From: Salinispira sp.
Lineage (GTDB): Bacteria; Spirochaetota; Spirochaetia; DSM-27196; Salinispiraceae
Length of the DNA: 64,000 nucleotides
Direction of reading: 5' to 3'
NCBI GenBank assembly: GCA_965602015.1
Contig: OZ271918.1
Coordinates: 1,408,001-1,472,000, forward strand
This document shows, in pieces, positions 40,566 to 50,184 of the stretch. Each line of letters opens with the position of its first letter. Positions within the stretch are counted from its first letter, which is position 1. Below the pieces are notes generated by a model. That model made no database searches and had not been told where the DNA came from. It was given only the letters and a program-made list of their open reading frames with translations. Made by a program: the position numbers and the translations under genes.

Positions 40566-42122
40566 TCATCGTTTCTTTAGGAGTAAGTATACCCCATCCA
40601 GTTTTAATAGCAGGGCCATTGCGAGGATGCTTCCGATAGCCGGTACAGATACCGCCAAAAATCGCCCGAGGTTTACCAGCGATGAGCCGTCCACCCAGTA
40701 ATCACCAAAAATACGACGCCCTATGAGAATTACGATGACGCCGGGTACCAGTGCAATTATGACTTTCGAAAAATTCACAAGCACCGAGCGAACGCGGATC
40801 TGCGGGAATCGGCGGGCGGCATTTATCATCAGCCAGCTGCTTGCCAGAATGTAGCTCAGGCTGTTTGCCAAAGCCAGGCCACTCACCCGTAGAACGGTTT
40901 CCTTCAACCACAAGGACAGGGCAATGTCCACCACGGTGATAATAATCGCGTTATACACCGGAAGACGGATATCGCCGTCGGAGTAACACAGGCGCTGAAG
41001 AAAATTGTTAATTCCGACAAAAACTAAGCCGGGGCTGTACCAGAACAATACCTGGGCCGCCAGTCGTGTGTGCACTGCAAGGTATTCACCCCGCTGAAGG
41101 GCGGTGGATATTAGCTCGGGGCCCATCATCATGAGCCCCAAACTTGCCGGCACCAAAAATGTAACTATCGAGCCCAAACCGAACTCTACGGTCCTCGCCG
41201 CGGCGTCCCGGTTTCCAGACGCTATTTGCTTACTCATGCGCGGATACAGAACCGTAACGATGGATGCGGAGAATATGCCGTAGGGCAGCTGCCAAAAAAC
41301 AATTGCATTTTGCATGGCCGTACCGCTGCCCACTTCCATTCCGCTGGCAAAACGGGATGCGATAATCTGGTTAATGGCGAAAACCCCGCTGGTAGCCAGC
41401 ACTGGAATCCAATTCCGCATTATCGCCCTGAATTCACTATGGGAAAAATCAAAGCTCATGGTAAGCCGGTAACCCAGGGAGAGAAACTTGGGCAACTGAA
41501 AGGCAACCTGAGCAAAGCCGCCCACCAGCACACCCAGGGCCATGGAAAAAATTCCCAGTTGACGGTGAAAAAGCAACAGGCTTGATATTACTGATACGCT
41601 GAACATAAGGGGGGTCAAACCGGGAATGACGAACTCATCATTACTATTGAGAGTTCCCATCATTACCGCTGATATGGAGATCAAGAGAATATAGTGCACC
41701 ATATAGCGGAACAGTTCAGCGGCCCGCAGGCGGCTTTCAGCGTCGTCAAAATCGAGGACAAGCCGGATGACCGCCTCGGGGAACAGGGCTGAAAGAATCA
41801 GAATCGGCGTCAGGACCAAAAACTGGAGGCCGATGAGGCTGCTGACTATTCTCCGCGACTGGCTTCTCCCTGGATCAGCAATAAGATTGCGTGACAAAAC
41901 CGGTACAAAGGCCGTTGACAGGGCGCCTTCGGCAAGGAGCTTTCGCAGATTGTTGGGGATGTTGAAGACAAAGTTTATGATGTCCGCATCGCGCGATCCG
42001 CCAAAAATAGCGGACACTATTCCGATTCGGACAAAACCCAGTAATCGGGAACCAAAGGTCGAGAGCATTACCAGGGCCGTCGAGCGGGCGGAGGATCGGA
42101 GATTTTTATCGGAGCTGCTCAA
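40566..42122 (-). CDS. murJ: Lipid II flippase MurJ
   Basis: SRLLGFVR, FG, F.IPN.LR.L.AEGALS.AFVPV, QLP.GIF. Multi-TM; TTG start overlapping the tgt stop. Confidence 0.95.
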   Translation of the reverse strand: MSSSDKNLRSSARSTALVMLSTFGSRLLGFVRIGIVSAIFGGSRDADIINFVFNIPNNLRKLLAEGALSTAFVPVLSRNLIADPGRSQSRRIVSSLIGLQFLVLTPILILSALFPEAVIRLVLDFDDAESRLRAAELFRYMVHYILLISISAVMMGTLNSNDEFVIPGLTPLMFSVSVISSLLLFHRQLGIFSMALGVLVGGFAQVAFQLPKFLSLGYRLTMSFDFSHSEFRAIMRNWIPVLATSGVFAINQIIASRFASGMEVGSGTAMQNAIVFWQLPYGIFSASIVTVLYPRMSKQIASGNRDAAARTVEFGLGSIVTFLVPASLGLMMMGPELISTALQRGEYLAVHTRLAAQVLFWYSPGLVFVGINNFLQRLCYSDGDIRLPVYNAIIITVVDIALSLWLKETVLRVSGLALANSLSYILASSWLMINAARRFPQIRVRSVLVNFSKVIIALVPGVIVILIGRRIFGDYWVDGSSLVNLGRFLAVSVPAIGSILAMALLLKLDGVYLLLKKR

Positions 42123-43237
42123 TCAGGAATCCCCATCCGATACGTATCCAGGAAGCGGCGCTTAAAGAACATAAATTCATCGGCGTTGATGGCGTTCCGT
42201 GCCCGGTCAACCAGGTCCTTGAGAAACCAGAGATTATGCAGCGAAGCGAGCATGGGACCCAGTATCTCCCCCGCCTTAAAGAGGTGTCTGAGGTAGCTCC
42301 GGGAATAGGCTGCAATTGGGCTATTCGGGCTTGCGGGACGCAGGTCGCTTTCATAGCGCTGGTTTTTTAACACAAGGCGGCCGTGTTCGGTGAAGAGCGT
42401 GCCGTTGCGCGCCACCCTGGTTGGAAAAACGCAATCGAACATATCGATTCCATGCTCTATGGCTTCCAGAATGTACTCCGGGGTACCGATCCCCATAAGA
42501 TAACGCGGCTTGTCGGAAGGCAAAAGCGGAGCGCTGAATGCGAGAAAATGCTGGAACTCATCGAACGGCTCGCCCACCGACAGTCCTCCTATTGCATATC
42601 CCGGTAAATCGAGGGCAATGAGCTCATCGATGCTGCGTTTCCTTAGGTCCTCAAAAAAATTGCCTTGAACGATTCCAAATAAGTGACCGCGGTAACTGTC
42701 CCTCGTGGACTCCCAGGCATTCTTCGCTCGAAGGGCCCAACTGGAAGTGATTTCAAGGGCCTCCCGGGCTGCTTTGTGGCTGATTCCCGGCTCGGTACAG
42801 ACATCCAGGGCCATCTGGATATCGGAGTTGAGAATTTCCTGGATGCCGACGACGGTCTCCGGCGTGAGATGGTGTTTCGATCCGTCGATGTGGGAGCGAA
42901 ATTCAACTCCTTCGCTGCTCACCTTGCGAAACGGTGCAAGGGAAAAAACCTGGTAGCCGCCGCTGTCTGTGAGAATGTTTCCCTTCCAGTTAGCGAACTC
43001 GTGCAGCCCTCCGGATGCCTTGATGACATCCATTCCGGGCCTGAGAAACAGATGGTAGGTGTTGCCGAGTATGATATTTACTTTTAGGGAGGCCAGGTCT
43101 TCAAGCCTGACTGCTTTGACACTGCCGTTGGTGCCCACCGGCATAAACACCGGCGTTTCGACGGTACCATGGGGAAGTGCCATGACACCGGTTCGGGCAT
43201 GGCAGTCAGTCGATGAATGTTCTTTTCGGAATATCAT
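42119..43237 (-). CDS. tgt: tRNA-guanine transglycosylase
   Basis: TPVFMPVGT, NTYHL.LRPG, TDSGGYQVFSL, GIVQG, AIGGLSVGE, DMFDCV.PTR..RNG, HNL. Confidence 0.97.
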   Translation of the reverse strand: MIFRKEHSSTDCHARTGVMALPHGTVETPVFMPVGTNGSVKAVRLEDLASLKVNIILGNTYHLFLRPGMDVIKASGGLHEFANWKGNILTDSGGYQVFSLAPFRKVSSEGVEFRSHIDGSKHHLTPETVVGIQEILNSDIQMALDVCTEPGISHKAAREALEITSSWALRAKNAWESTRDSYRGHLFGIVQGNFFEDLRKRSIDELIALDLPGYAIGGLSVGEPFDEFQHFLAFSAPLLPSDKPRYLMGIGTPEYILEAIEHGIDMFDCVFPTRVARNGTLFTEHGRLVLKNQRYESDLRPASPNSPIAAYSRSYLRHLFKAGEILGPMLASLHNLWFLKDLVDRARNAINADEFMFFKRRFLDTYRMGIPD

Positions 43238-43267
43238 TATGCTCCCCGTACAACATGCCTGCGGCTG

Positions 43268-44350
43268 TCAGGTTTTTGCCCGATTTACGATAACTATCGC
43301 AGCAACGGCAGTTAAGACCGTACCCGCCCATGCTCCGGCGATACTGTCAATCAAGCCAAGCGTGGCGAACAAGCCGCTCAGCATTTGGATGGAGTAATAT
43401 ACAACAGATAAGCTCAGTGAAACAAGGAGACTCATGGCCAGGATATTTTTTTTGAAGGATCCCCCGATTCCCGCTGATAAGAGAATCACTATCAAGGGCG
43501 TAAAGGCGAAGGAAAATCGCTCGTGATACTTTGTGAGCTCTCTCCTGAATGGAAAACCGCCCTCCCGTAAATATTCCAAATAGGATCGGGCTTCAGTTAT
43601 TCGCATCTGCTCTATATCGCCGTATTGATTCTGAAAGAATTCCGGAGGTAAGTTCAACCGGGGGTCGGACCAGCTGTCGAGCTCCTGGATGACGATTTCC
43701 CCCTGGTCATTTTTTTCGATGAGGGTAAGCCTGCGAAGCACCCAGGCTTCATCCTGCCATTCGGCCCATGAAGCATAGACTTGGGTTTCGAGGGTCAGAT
43801 TTTCATTCCTGATGACGATTTGTACATCATCGAGCTGACGCCGATTATCATCATAAAAGCCCGCGTCGTACACAACCCGTCCGCCTCTGCTTTGTATGCT
43901 GATATTCGATCTGTTGAGGTTAACCGGTCGGTTGCGAAGCAGCTGGGCATTGAGTTCATCCTTCTGACTGAGCATCGGAATGGCAAAGCGATCCTGGAAA
44001 ATAAACAATCCCGCACTCAGGACGACTCCGATGATTGCCAGAGGAACAATAAATCTCCGCAGACTGATTCCGCTTGCGAATACGGCAATCAGTTCATTGT
44101 TTCCGTACAATGTTCCCATGGAAAACGAAACGGAAAAAAGCAGGGCAATCGGCAATGCAAATGTCAGGCTAGTGGGAAGAAAGAGGAATTGAACCTGCAA
44201 AATCTGGGAGAGCGGCACTTCCCTCTCCAGATACCGAACCAGATTAAGTAAAAGATCAGAGACGTTTATCAGCAGCGTAAAAAATAGTACGGCCCCGATA
44301 AACACCGGAAGGAAATTTTGAAGAAGTAACCTGGTAAGCTGTTTCATCAA
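43268..44350 (-). CDS. lptG: LptF/LptG family permease (LptG-like)
   Basis: 3 TM, NELIA..ASGIS..R, periplasmic beta region, 3 TM. Second of a tandem pair. Confidence 0.8.
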   Translation of the reverse strand: MMKQLTRLLLQNFLPVFIGAVLFFTLLINVSDLLLNLVRYLEREVPLSQILQVQFLFLPTSLTFALPIALLFSVSFSMGTLYGNNELIAVFASGISLRRFIVPLAIIGVVLSAGLFIFQDRFAIPMLSQKDELNAQLLRNRPVNLNRSNISIQSRGGRVVYDAGFYDDNRRQLDDVQIVIRNENLTLETQVYASWAEWQDEAWVLRRLTLIEKNDQGEIVIQELDSWSDPRLNLPPEFFQNQYGDIEQMRITEARSYLEYLREGGFPFRRELTKYHERFSFAFTPLIVILLSAGIGGSFKKNILAMSLLVSLSLSVVYYSIQMLSGLFATLGLIDSIAGAWAGTVLTAVAAIVIVNRAKT

Positions 44351-44355
44351 TATTC

Positions 44356-45645
44356 CTATTTTCTGAAGTAACCGTGGAGCATTACCGAGCCGACGGCGAT
44401 CATTACAAGATTAGGGCTGAAGGTTAAAAGCCATGCGGGAATTAGCAAAAGGCGCAGAGCAAGCGCATCTATTGCGGTAAGCATGCCAAAATAGGCCGAG
44501 GCCAACACCAATCCCACTACTATTCCGAGGGTGCGTCCCCGTTTTGCGGCCATAAGTCCCAGGGGGAAGCCCAAAAAAATAAAGGTTAAGCTTGAAAAAG
44601 GAATTGAAAACTTCTTCCATAACTCGATTCTGTACAACCTCAATGTGCGGTCGCGAATTATGCCCCGGGGATCCTGGGGCAGCTGTTCGAGACTGCGGTC
44701 CAGGGCGGCCCACCGGCTGTTGCTGTAGCGCTGGGACAGAGCGGCGTATTGAAGGGCGAAGCGGCGGTTGCGCGAGGTAAATGCTGTTATTTCGGCCGCG
44801 AGGCGCTGCTGGTATTGCTGCTCCCGTTCTTGTATAAGCTGAAGCACATCCCGGGCGCTCATTTCCCGTACGCTAGGGCTGGAAAGGTTAAAGACGATAT
44901 TCTCCAGGAGAATATTGTAATCCATGAGCTCTGCACTGCTTTCCTGGATGATGTTGTCGTTATGGGTAATGATTTCCACATCGGATAGCTGCAAGGTAAT
45001 AATGCCCGCATTGCGATCGTTTCGCAGCAGCTCGGCCCGGGCGGCGCTGATGGTCCGTTGGCTACCGTCTTCCGCCGAATCGAGGATAAGTAGTCCGTCA
45101 ATCACCGTTTCATTAACCGCTCCGGTTACCAGGGTGCTGTTTTCGTAGCGACGAACGGAAAACGGCTCAATTATCAACCGGCTATTGGAATACAGTATTT
45201 CCTGGTAGAGCCTGCCGTAATTCATGGTTCCAAGGGGCAAGAAGTAATCGTTGAACAAAAATGATACGGCAGTAAGGCTTATGGCGCTGACGATGATGGG
45301 AGAAAGAAGGCGGCGAAAACTCACCCCGCTTGCCCGGGCAGCGAGAATTTCCCTTCCCTCGCTGAGTTTTCCCACGGCGAGAATGATCCCTATGAACGAG
45401 GCAAAGGGAACCGACAAGGCGACAATCGCCGGCATGGCAAATATGATGAGCCTCAGAGTATCGAACACCGAAACAAGCTCGGCGAGGCGTTCCCTGGCAA
45501 TTACCAGTATTTGATTGACAAAAAAGATCGCAATAAAGAAAAGGAAGGCAATAATAAAAGAAAGCAGATATTCCCGGGTAATATAGCGCTGCAGCGTATC
45601 GGGCATCAATAAGGGATACCTGTACGCTCTCCCCCGAATTTTCAC
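44356..45645 (-). CDS. lptF: LptF/LptG family permease (LptF-like)
   Basis: RYI.RE, EI.A.RASGVS, IE.WKKFSIPFS. First of a tandem pair; start may instead be 45606. Confidence 0.8.
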   Translation of the reverse strand: MKIRGRAYRYPLLMPDTLQRYITREYLLSFIIAFLFFIAIFFVNQILVIARERLAELVSVFDTLRLIIFAMPAIVALSVPFASFIGIILAVGKLSEGREILAARASGVSFRRLLSPIIVSAISLTAVSFLFNDYFLPLGTMNYGRLYQEILYSNSRLIIEPFSVRRYENSTLVTGAVNETVIDGLLILDSAEDGSQRTISAARAELLRNDRNAGIITLQLSDVEIITHNDNIIQESSAELMDYNILLENIVFNLSSPSVREMSARDVLQLIQEREQQYQQRLAAEITAFTSRNRRFALQYAALSQRYSNSRWAALDRSLEQLPQDPRGIIRDRTLRLYRIELWKKFSIPFSSLTFIFLGFPLGLMAAKRGRTLGIVVGLVLASAYFGMLTAIDALALRLLLIPAWLLTFSPNLVMIAVGSVMLHGYFRK

Positions 45646-46103
45646 TTGCCGGTACTCCCGAAGCCGCCCTCGTCCCGTTCTGTGGCACTAAGCAGAGATG
45701 CTTCCCCCACGGATATAAAATGAGCCTGTACAACCGGCATAAAAATTAGCTGAGCGATGCGCTCACCAGGTTCGATGACTACAGCACTGCGGCTAAGATT
45801 GATAAGCGGGACCTTGAGCTCTCCCCGATAATCTGCGTCGATGGTCCCGGGGGTGTTGGGCATGCTTATGCCTTTTTTTATGGCCAAGCCCGAGCGGGGG
45901 CGCACTTGAGCTTCAAACCCCGGAGGAATTTCAATGCGGATCCCGGTAGGGACCAGCAAACGTTCCATGGAAGCCAGGCTGACCGGTTCGTCTAGTGCGC
46001 AGCGGAGATCACAGCCCGAGGCGAGTTCACTCTGATACTCCGGAAGGTGTCCCCCGGGACTGTGGATTTTTATGTGGATTGTGGGATGCCGACTACTTTC
46101 CAA
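45642..46103 (-). CDS. dut: dUTP diphosphatase
   Basis: GCDL, VPTG, QVRPRSGLA, PGTIDADYRGE, RIAQL, R..GGFGSTG. Confidence 0.97.
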   Translation of the reverse strand: MESSRHPTIHIKIHSPGGHLPEYQSELASGCDLRCALDEPVSLASMERLLVPTGIRIEIPPGFEAQVRPRSGLAIKKGISMPNTPGTIDADYRGELKVPLINLSRSAVVIEPGERIAQLIFMPVVQAHFISVGEASLLSATERDEGGFGSTGK

Positions 46104-46128
46104 CGCTTTCCGCCTTTATCGATGGTAT

Positions 46129-46158
46129 AAAAAAAACGGGCCAGTGACAGCCCGTTTT
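46129..46158 (-). terminator. Rho-independent terminator after pnp
   Basis: Minus strand AAAACGGGC-tgtcactg-GCCCGTTTTTTTT. Confidence 0.8.
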
Positions 46159-46172
46159 GGAAATTGCCGGAC

Positions 46173-48338
46173 TTACCGCCGGTTGCGGTCACCGCCCCGG
46201 TCACCGCCGCGACCGTGACGACCCGATCCTCCCCGGTCATTGCGGGGTCTGTCGCCGCGGGGCCTAACGGCTTCATCGAGAAGAGTTGTGAGGTTGACCC
46301 GCCCCATCTTGTCAATTTCAATTATCTTGACTTCAACTTCCTGGTTGAGCTCAAGAACATCTTCCACTTTATTGATCCGTTCCTTGGACATCTTTGAAAT
46401 GTGACAGAGCCCCTCCTTGCCCGGCAGGAACTCGATAAATGCCCCGAAGTCGACGATGCGCCGGACTACCCCGGGATACACCTTGCCGATTTCCGGTTCT
46501 TCAAGGAGTGAAAGAAAACTGTCCTTCGCATCCCTGGCTGCTTTGGCGTTGGTTGAATAAATGGTGACTGTACCGTCATTTTCGATGTTAGTTTCCACAC
46601 CGAATTTCTCATTGACGCCTTTGATAACCTTACCGCCGGGACCGATCAAGGTACCGATAACTTCAGGATCGACACTGAAGCTTATGATTCGAGGCGCGTA
46701 TTCGCTGAGCTCTGACTCGGGCTGACTGATAAGCTCGTTCATAATTCCGAGAATATGCAATCGCCCGGCCTTTGCCTGAGCAAGGGCGTCTTTCATTATT
46801 TGTGGACTAACGTTGGAGACCTTGATATCCATTTGGAAGGCGGTAATGCCGTCCTCGGTTCCTGCGACCTTGAAATCCATATCTCCCAGGTGATCTTCCT
46901 CGCCCAGAATGTCGCTGAGAATTACCGTGTCATCGCCTTCCTGTATCATGCCCATCGCGATACCCGCCACGGGTTTTTTCACGGGAATTCCCCCGTTTAA
47001 AAGGGAGAGGCTTCCGCCGCATACCGTTGCCATGGAGGATGAACCGTTTGATTCAAGGACCTCGGAAACGACCCGAATGGTGTAGGGAAAATCGCTCTTT
47101 TTGGGGAGAACGGCTTCAAGTGCCCGGTGGGCCAAATGGCCGTGGCCGATTTCCCGTCGGCCTGTACCTAACCTGCCGGTTTCACCGACGCTGAACGGAG
47201 GAAAGTTATAATGAAGGAGGAAGTGCTGACGCTTGTCCCCGTCGATATCATCCATTATCTGCTCATCCCGCACGGTACCGAGGGTCGTTACCGCCAGAGC
47301 CTGGGTTTCACCGCGGGTGAAGAGAGCCGAACCGTGAACTCGTGGCAGAACGTCTTTTTCAACGGTAATAGGCCTAATGTCAACGGGTGAACGACCGTCC
47401 ACCCGGACTTTTTTCTCGATGATAGATTTACGCAGAATTTTCTGCTCCATCTCGTCGAAAACCCCATGGAATTTCTTTTTGTCCGCGTCTTCGATGCGGT
47501 CCGCATATTCGTCGGCGTATTTATCGATTACCTGGTTGATGGCGTGTTTGCGCTCGAACTTACCGATGACAAAACAAGCCTGCTCCATTTCAGGATAGGC
47601 TTTTTTCCAAATCTCATCTTTGAGGGGAAAACTGTCGTCAATCTCGAGAAGAGGGAGCTTTTCCTTGCCTGCGAGCTTTCGCAGTTCCAACTGCAGGTTA
47701 CACAATTCGGTGATAACCGGCCGGGCTTTTTCGATGGCCTCGATCATCTGCTCTTCACTGACCATTTTCGCCCCGCCCTCGACCATGGTAATTCCTTCAA
47801 GGGTACCGGCGACGATAATGTCCAGATCGCTGTCTTCAACCTGCTCGAATGTGGGATTTACTATATACTCGCCTTGAACAAGACTTACCCTGACCGCTCC
47901 GACAGGTCCGTCAAAGGGGATGTCTGAAATCACAACTGCAGCGGATGCCGCAACCATACCAACGACATCAGGCGGATTCACGTTGTCAGTAGAAATAGTT
48001 GTGGGGACAAGCTGAATTTCCCGCTTGAACGCCTTGCTGAACAGCGGGCGCATGGGCCGGTCGATCAGCCGGGAGACGAGTATTTCTTTGTCTTTGGGGC
48101 GCCCTTCCCGCTTGAGAAAACCGCCGGGTATTTTTCCGGCGGCATAGTATTTTTCATTGTAGTCAACCGAGAGCGGAACGTAGTCGAGATCTTCTACGGG
48201 TTTTGAACCGCAGCAGACCGTCGCGAGGACAGTCGAACCGCCGTAGGTAGCAAAAATTGAGCCGTTAGCCTGTTTGGCCATCCGTCCGGTTTCAAGAACA
48301 AGTTCTTCTCCGCCGATTTGTAAAGTAACGCGATGCAT
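46173..48338 (-). CDS. pnp: Polyribonucleotide nucleotidyltransferase
   Basis: [51 protein letters not shown] and S1 domains. Confidence 0.98.
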   Translation of the reverse strand: MHRVTLQIGGEELVLETGRMAKQANGSIFATYGGSTVLATVCCGSKPVEDLDYVPLSVDYNEKYYAAGKIPGGFLKREGRPKDKEILVSRLIDRPMRPLFSKAFKREIQLVPTTISTDNVNPPDVVGMVAASAAVVISDIPFDGPVGAVRVSLVQGEYIVNPTFEQVEDSDLDIIVAGTLEGITMVEGGAKMVSEEQMIEAIEKARPVITELCNLQLELRKLAGKEKLPLLEIDDSFPLKDEIWKKAYPEMEQACFVIGKFERKHAINQVIDKYADEYADRIEDADKKKFHGVFDEMEQKILRKSIIEKKVRVDGRSPVDIRPITVEKDVLPRVHGSALFTRGETQALAVTTLGTVRDEQIMDDIDGDKRQHFLLHYNFPPFSVGETGRLGTGRREIGHGHLAHRALEAVLPKKSDFPYTIRVVSEVLESNGSSSMATVCGGSLSLLNGGIPVKKPVAGIAMGMIQEGDDTVILSDILGEEDHLGDMDFKVAGTEDGITAFQMDIKVSNVSPQIMKDALAQAKAGRLHILGIMNELISQPESELSEYAPRIISFSVDPEVIGTLIGPGGKVIKGVNEKFGVETNIENDGTVTIYSTNAKAARDAKDSFLSLLEEPEIGKVYPGVVRRIVDFGAFIEFLPGKEGLCHISKMSKERINKVEDVLELNQEVEVKIIEIDKMGRVNLTTLLDEAVRPRGDRPRNDRGGSGRHGRGGDRGGDRNRR

Positions 48339-48514
48339 TGTTTCTCCTCATGCCAAAAGCGCGCAGTTACCGGGCCGCTCTCGGCGATATGCAAAACCAG
48401 CGCTGTCCTCATGATGCGTCATGAGGATCAGCGCCAACCGCTAGTGTCGGATGTATTATCCGAAGAACATTAAAACCATGCCTCCATAGCGGAAACGGTT
48501 TTGACAAGTATATA

Positions 48515-48784
48515 CTATTTACGCAGGTTTAGCTCGGAGAGAATTGCCCGATACCCTTCCAGGTCCTTACCCTTCAGGTAGCGGAGGAGACGTCGCCGCT
48601 GGCCGACCAACTTCAACAGGCCCCGCCTGGAAGAATGATCTTTTTTGTGCTGTTTCAGGTGCTCGGTAAGCTCCAGAATACGGTCAGTCAGCAATGCAAT
48701 TTGCACCTGAGGGGTGCCGGTGTTCTTCTCGGAACCACCGAATTTCTCTACAATTTCTTTTATCCGATCTTTGGAAAGGGACAT
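48515..48784 (-). CDS. rpsO: 30S ribosomal protein S15
   Basis: TG..VQIALLT.RI..L.EH...[23 protein letters not shown]. Confidence 0.98.
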   Translation of the reverse strand: MSLSKDRIKEIVEKFGGSEKNTGTPQVQIALLTDRILELTEHLKQHKKDHSSRRGLLKLVGQRRRLLRYLKGKDLEGYRAILSELNLRK

Positions 48785-48823
48785 TCTCTTTCACTCCTAA
48801 TTCTGTTTGTCTTTTTATTCTTC

Positions 48824-48890
48824 TGACCGAGACACCGAGGTGGCGAAAGACGTTTCCGCATTATGCGGAGTAACCGGTATCTTCAGGCAG
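48824..48890 (-). promoter_or_regulatory. Candidate rpsO (S15) leader RNA structure
   Basis: Minus strand outer stem AGATACCG/CGGTGTCT enclosing the hairpin TCCGC-ATAAT-GCGGA, just upstream of the rpsO RBS. Confidence 0.45.
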
Positions 48891-48911
48891 GTTATTATCT
48901 TTATCCTGATA

Positions 48912-49832
48912 TCAGTTGTCAAGGCGGGAGAAAACCGCCCGGTATTTCATTTTGCCGTCCCTGCATTCAAGCAGGGCCAAAAGCTGCCGGGAATCATCGA
49001 CCAGCGCAATCATTTCATTGGGCTGGTCAACCTGGTTCAACTCCCGGTTGTGCTGAAGCGGCTTGCCCTGAAGCACTGCCTCAGCTGCCGCTCCGTGTAC
49101 CTGTCGTATGTGAAAGCCGGGAATCCTCGTAACCAGCGGCTCATCCCACAGCAATAGTTTTTCCCGGTTCTCTGAGCCCATTGCATCAAGGGCTGATATA
49201 TCTATGGCATCCTTCAGATAAAAAGCGCCGACCCTTGTTCTAATCAGCGACACCAAGTGTCCGCAGCTTCCACAGGCCTCTGCAAGATCCCTGGCGAGGG
49301 AGCGTATGTAGGTTCCCTTCGAACATTCCACGCGTATTCGCGCGGTGACGCCTTCATCGTCCTCTCTCCAGGCTGTCAGCTCTAATGCGGCAATGGTGAC
49401 CCGTCTCGTCGGCATTTCCGGCTGTTCACCGCTTAACACCCGCTTATAGGCCCGCTTGCCATCGATGTGGATTGCAGAGAACTGTGGCGGAACCTGGTCA
49501 ATTTCTCCCACAAAACGGGGAATAATGGCTTCGAAATCCGCCCTTCCCGGGGGACCGCATTCTTTGCTGATATCACCTTCAGGGTCCAGGGTGCTGGTCT
49601 GTGTGCCGAAACGAATTTCGCCGATATACTCCTTATCCTCACCAGTGAGGTATTGGATCATACGGGTTCCCTGATTGACACACACCAACATAAGACCGCT
49701 GGCGAATTTATCGAGGGTTCCCGCATGGCCGACTTTTTTTGTTTCATACAGGCGCTTGATTGGTGATAGCAGTTTGAAACTGGTAATCCCCGCGGGCTTA
49801 TTGATCAGGATCAGTCCCGGTTTCCGGTTCAT
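48912..49832 (-). CDS. truB: tRNA pseudouridine(55) synthase
   Basis: INKPAG.TS, KVGHAGTLD..ASG, K.Y...FG..T.TLD.EG, Q.PP.FSA, CSKGTYIRSLARD. Confidence 0.96.
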   Translation of the reverse strand: MNRKPGLILINKPAGITSFKLLSPIKRLYETKKVGHAGTLDKFASGLMLVCVNQGTRMIQYLTGEDKEYIGEIRFGTQTSTLDPEGDISKECGPPGRADFEAIIPRFVGEIDQVPPQFSAIHIDGKRAYKRVLSGEQPEMPTRRVTIAALELTAWREDDEGVTARIRVECSKGTYIRSLARDLAEACGSCGHLVSLIRTRVGAFYLKDAIDISALDAMGSENREKLLLWDEPLVTRIPGFHIRQVHGAAAEAVLQGKPLQHNRELNQVDQPNEMIALVDDSRQLLALLECRDGKMKYRAVFSRLDN

Positions 49833-50178
49833 TACCTGTTAAATCCTTTAGCCTCTGGGTAATATCGAAGCCTTCCGAAATACCGTGATCGGGGAAAAAC
49901 CGCAGCTTCGGGGTGTTGCGGGTTTTTATCCGGCGACCCAGGGCAGACTGAATAAAACCGGCAGCCGAGTTAAGCCCCTCAACTGCCTCATCCAGTTTGC
50001 GCTCGTCCATAAAACCGGACACCCGCACCTTTGCATAGGAAAGATCCCGGGACACCTCTACCGCGCTCACGCTGAGGAGGCTGTTGACCCGGTAATCCTT
50101 AACTTCGCCCTTCATAATCAATTCGCTGATTATATGCGTTATCTGGTTTTCCACCTTCTGAAGGCGATGATTACTCAT
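49798..50178 (-). CDS. rbfA: Ribosome-binding factor A
   Basis: VKD.R, VEVSRDL..AKV, L..AAGFI, R.TPKL.F..D. Confidence 0.94.
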   Translation of the reverse strand: MSNHRLQKVENQITHIISELIMKGEVKDYRVNSLLSVSAVEVSRDLSYAKVRVSGFMDERKLDEAVEGLNSAAGFIQSALGRRIKTRNTPKLRFFPDHGISEGFDITQRLKDLTGNEPETGTDPDQ

Positions 50179-50184
50179 ACCTTC

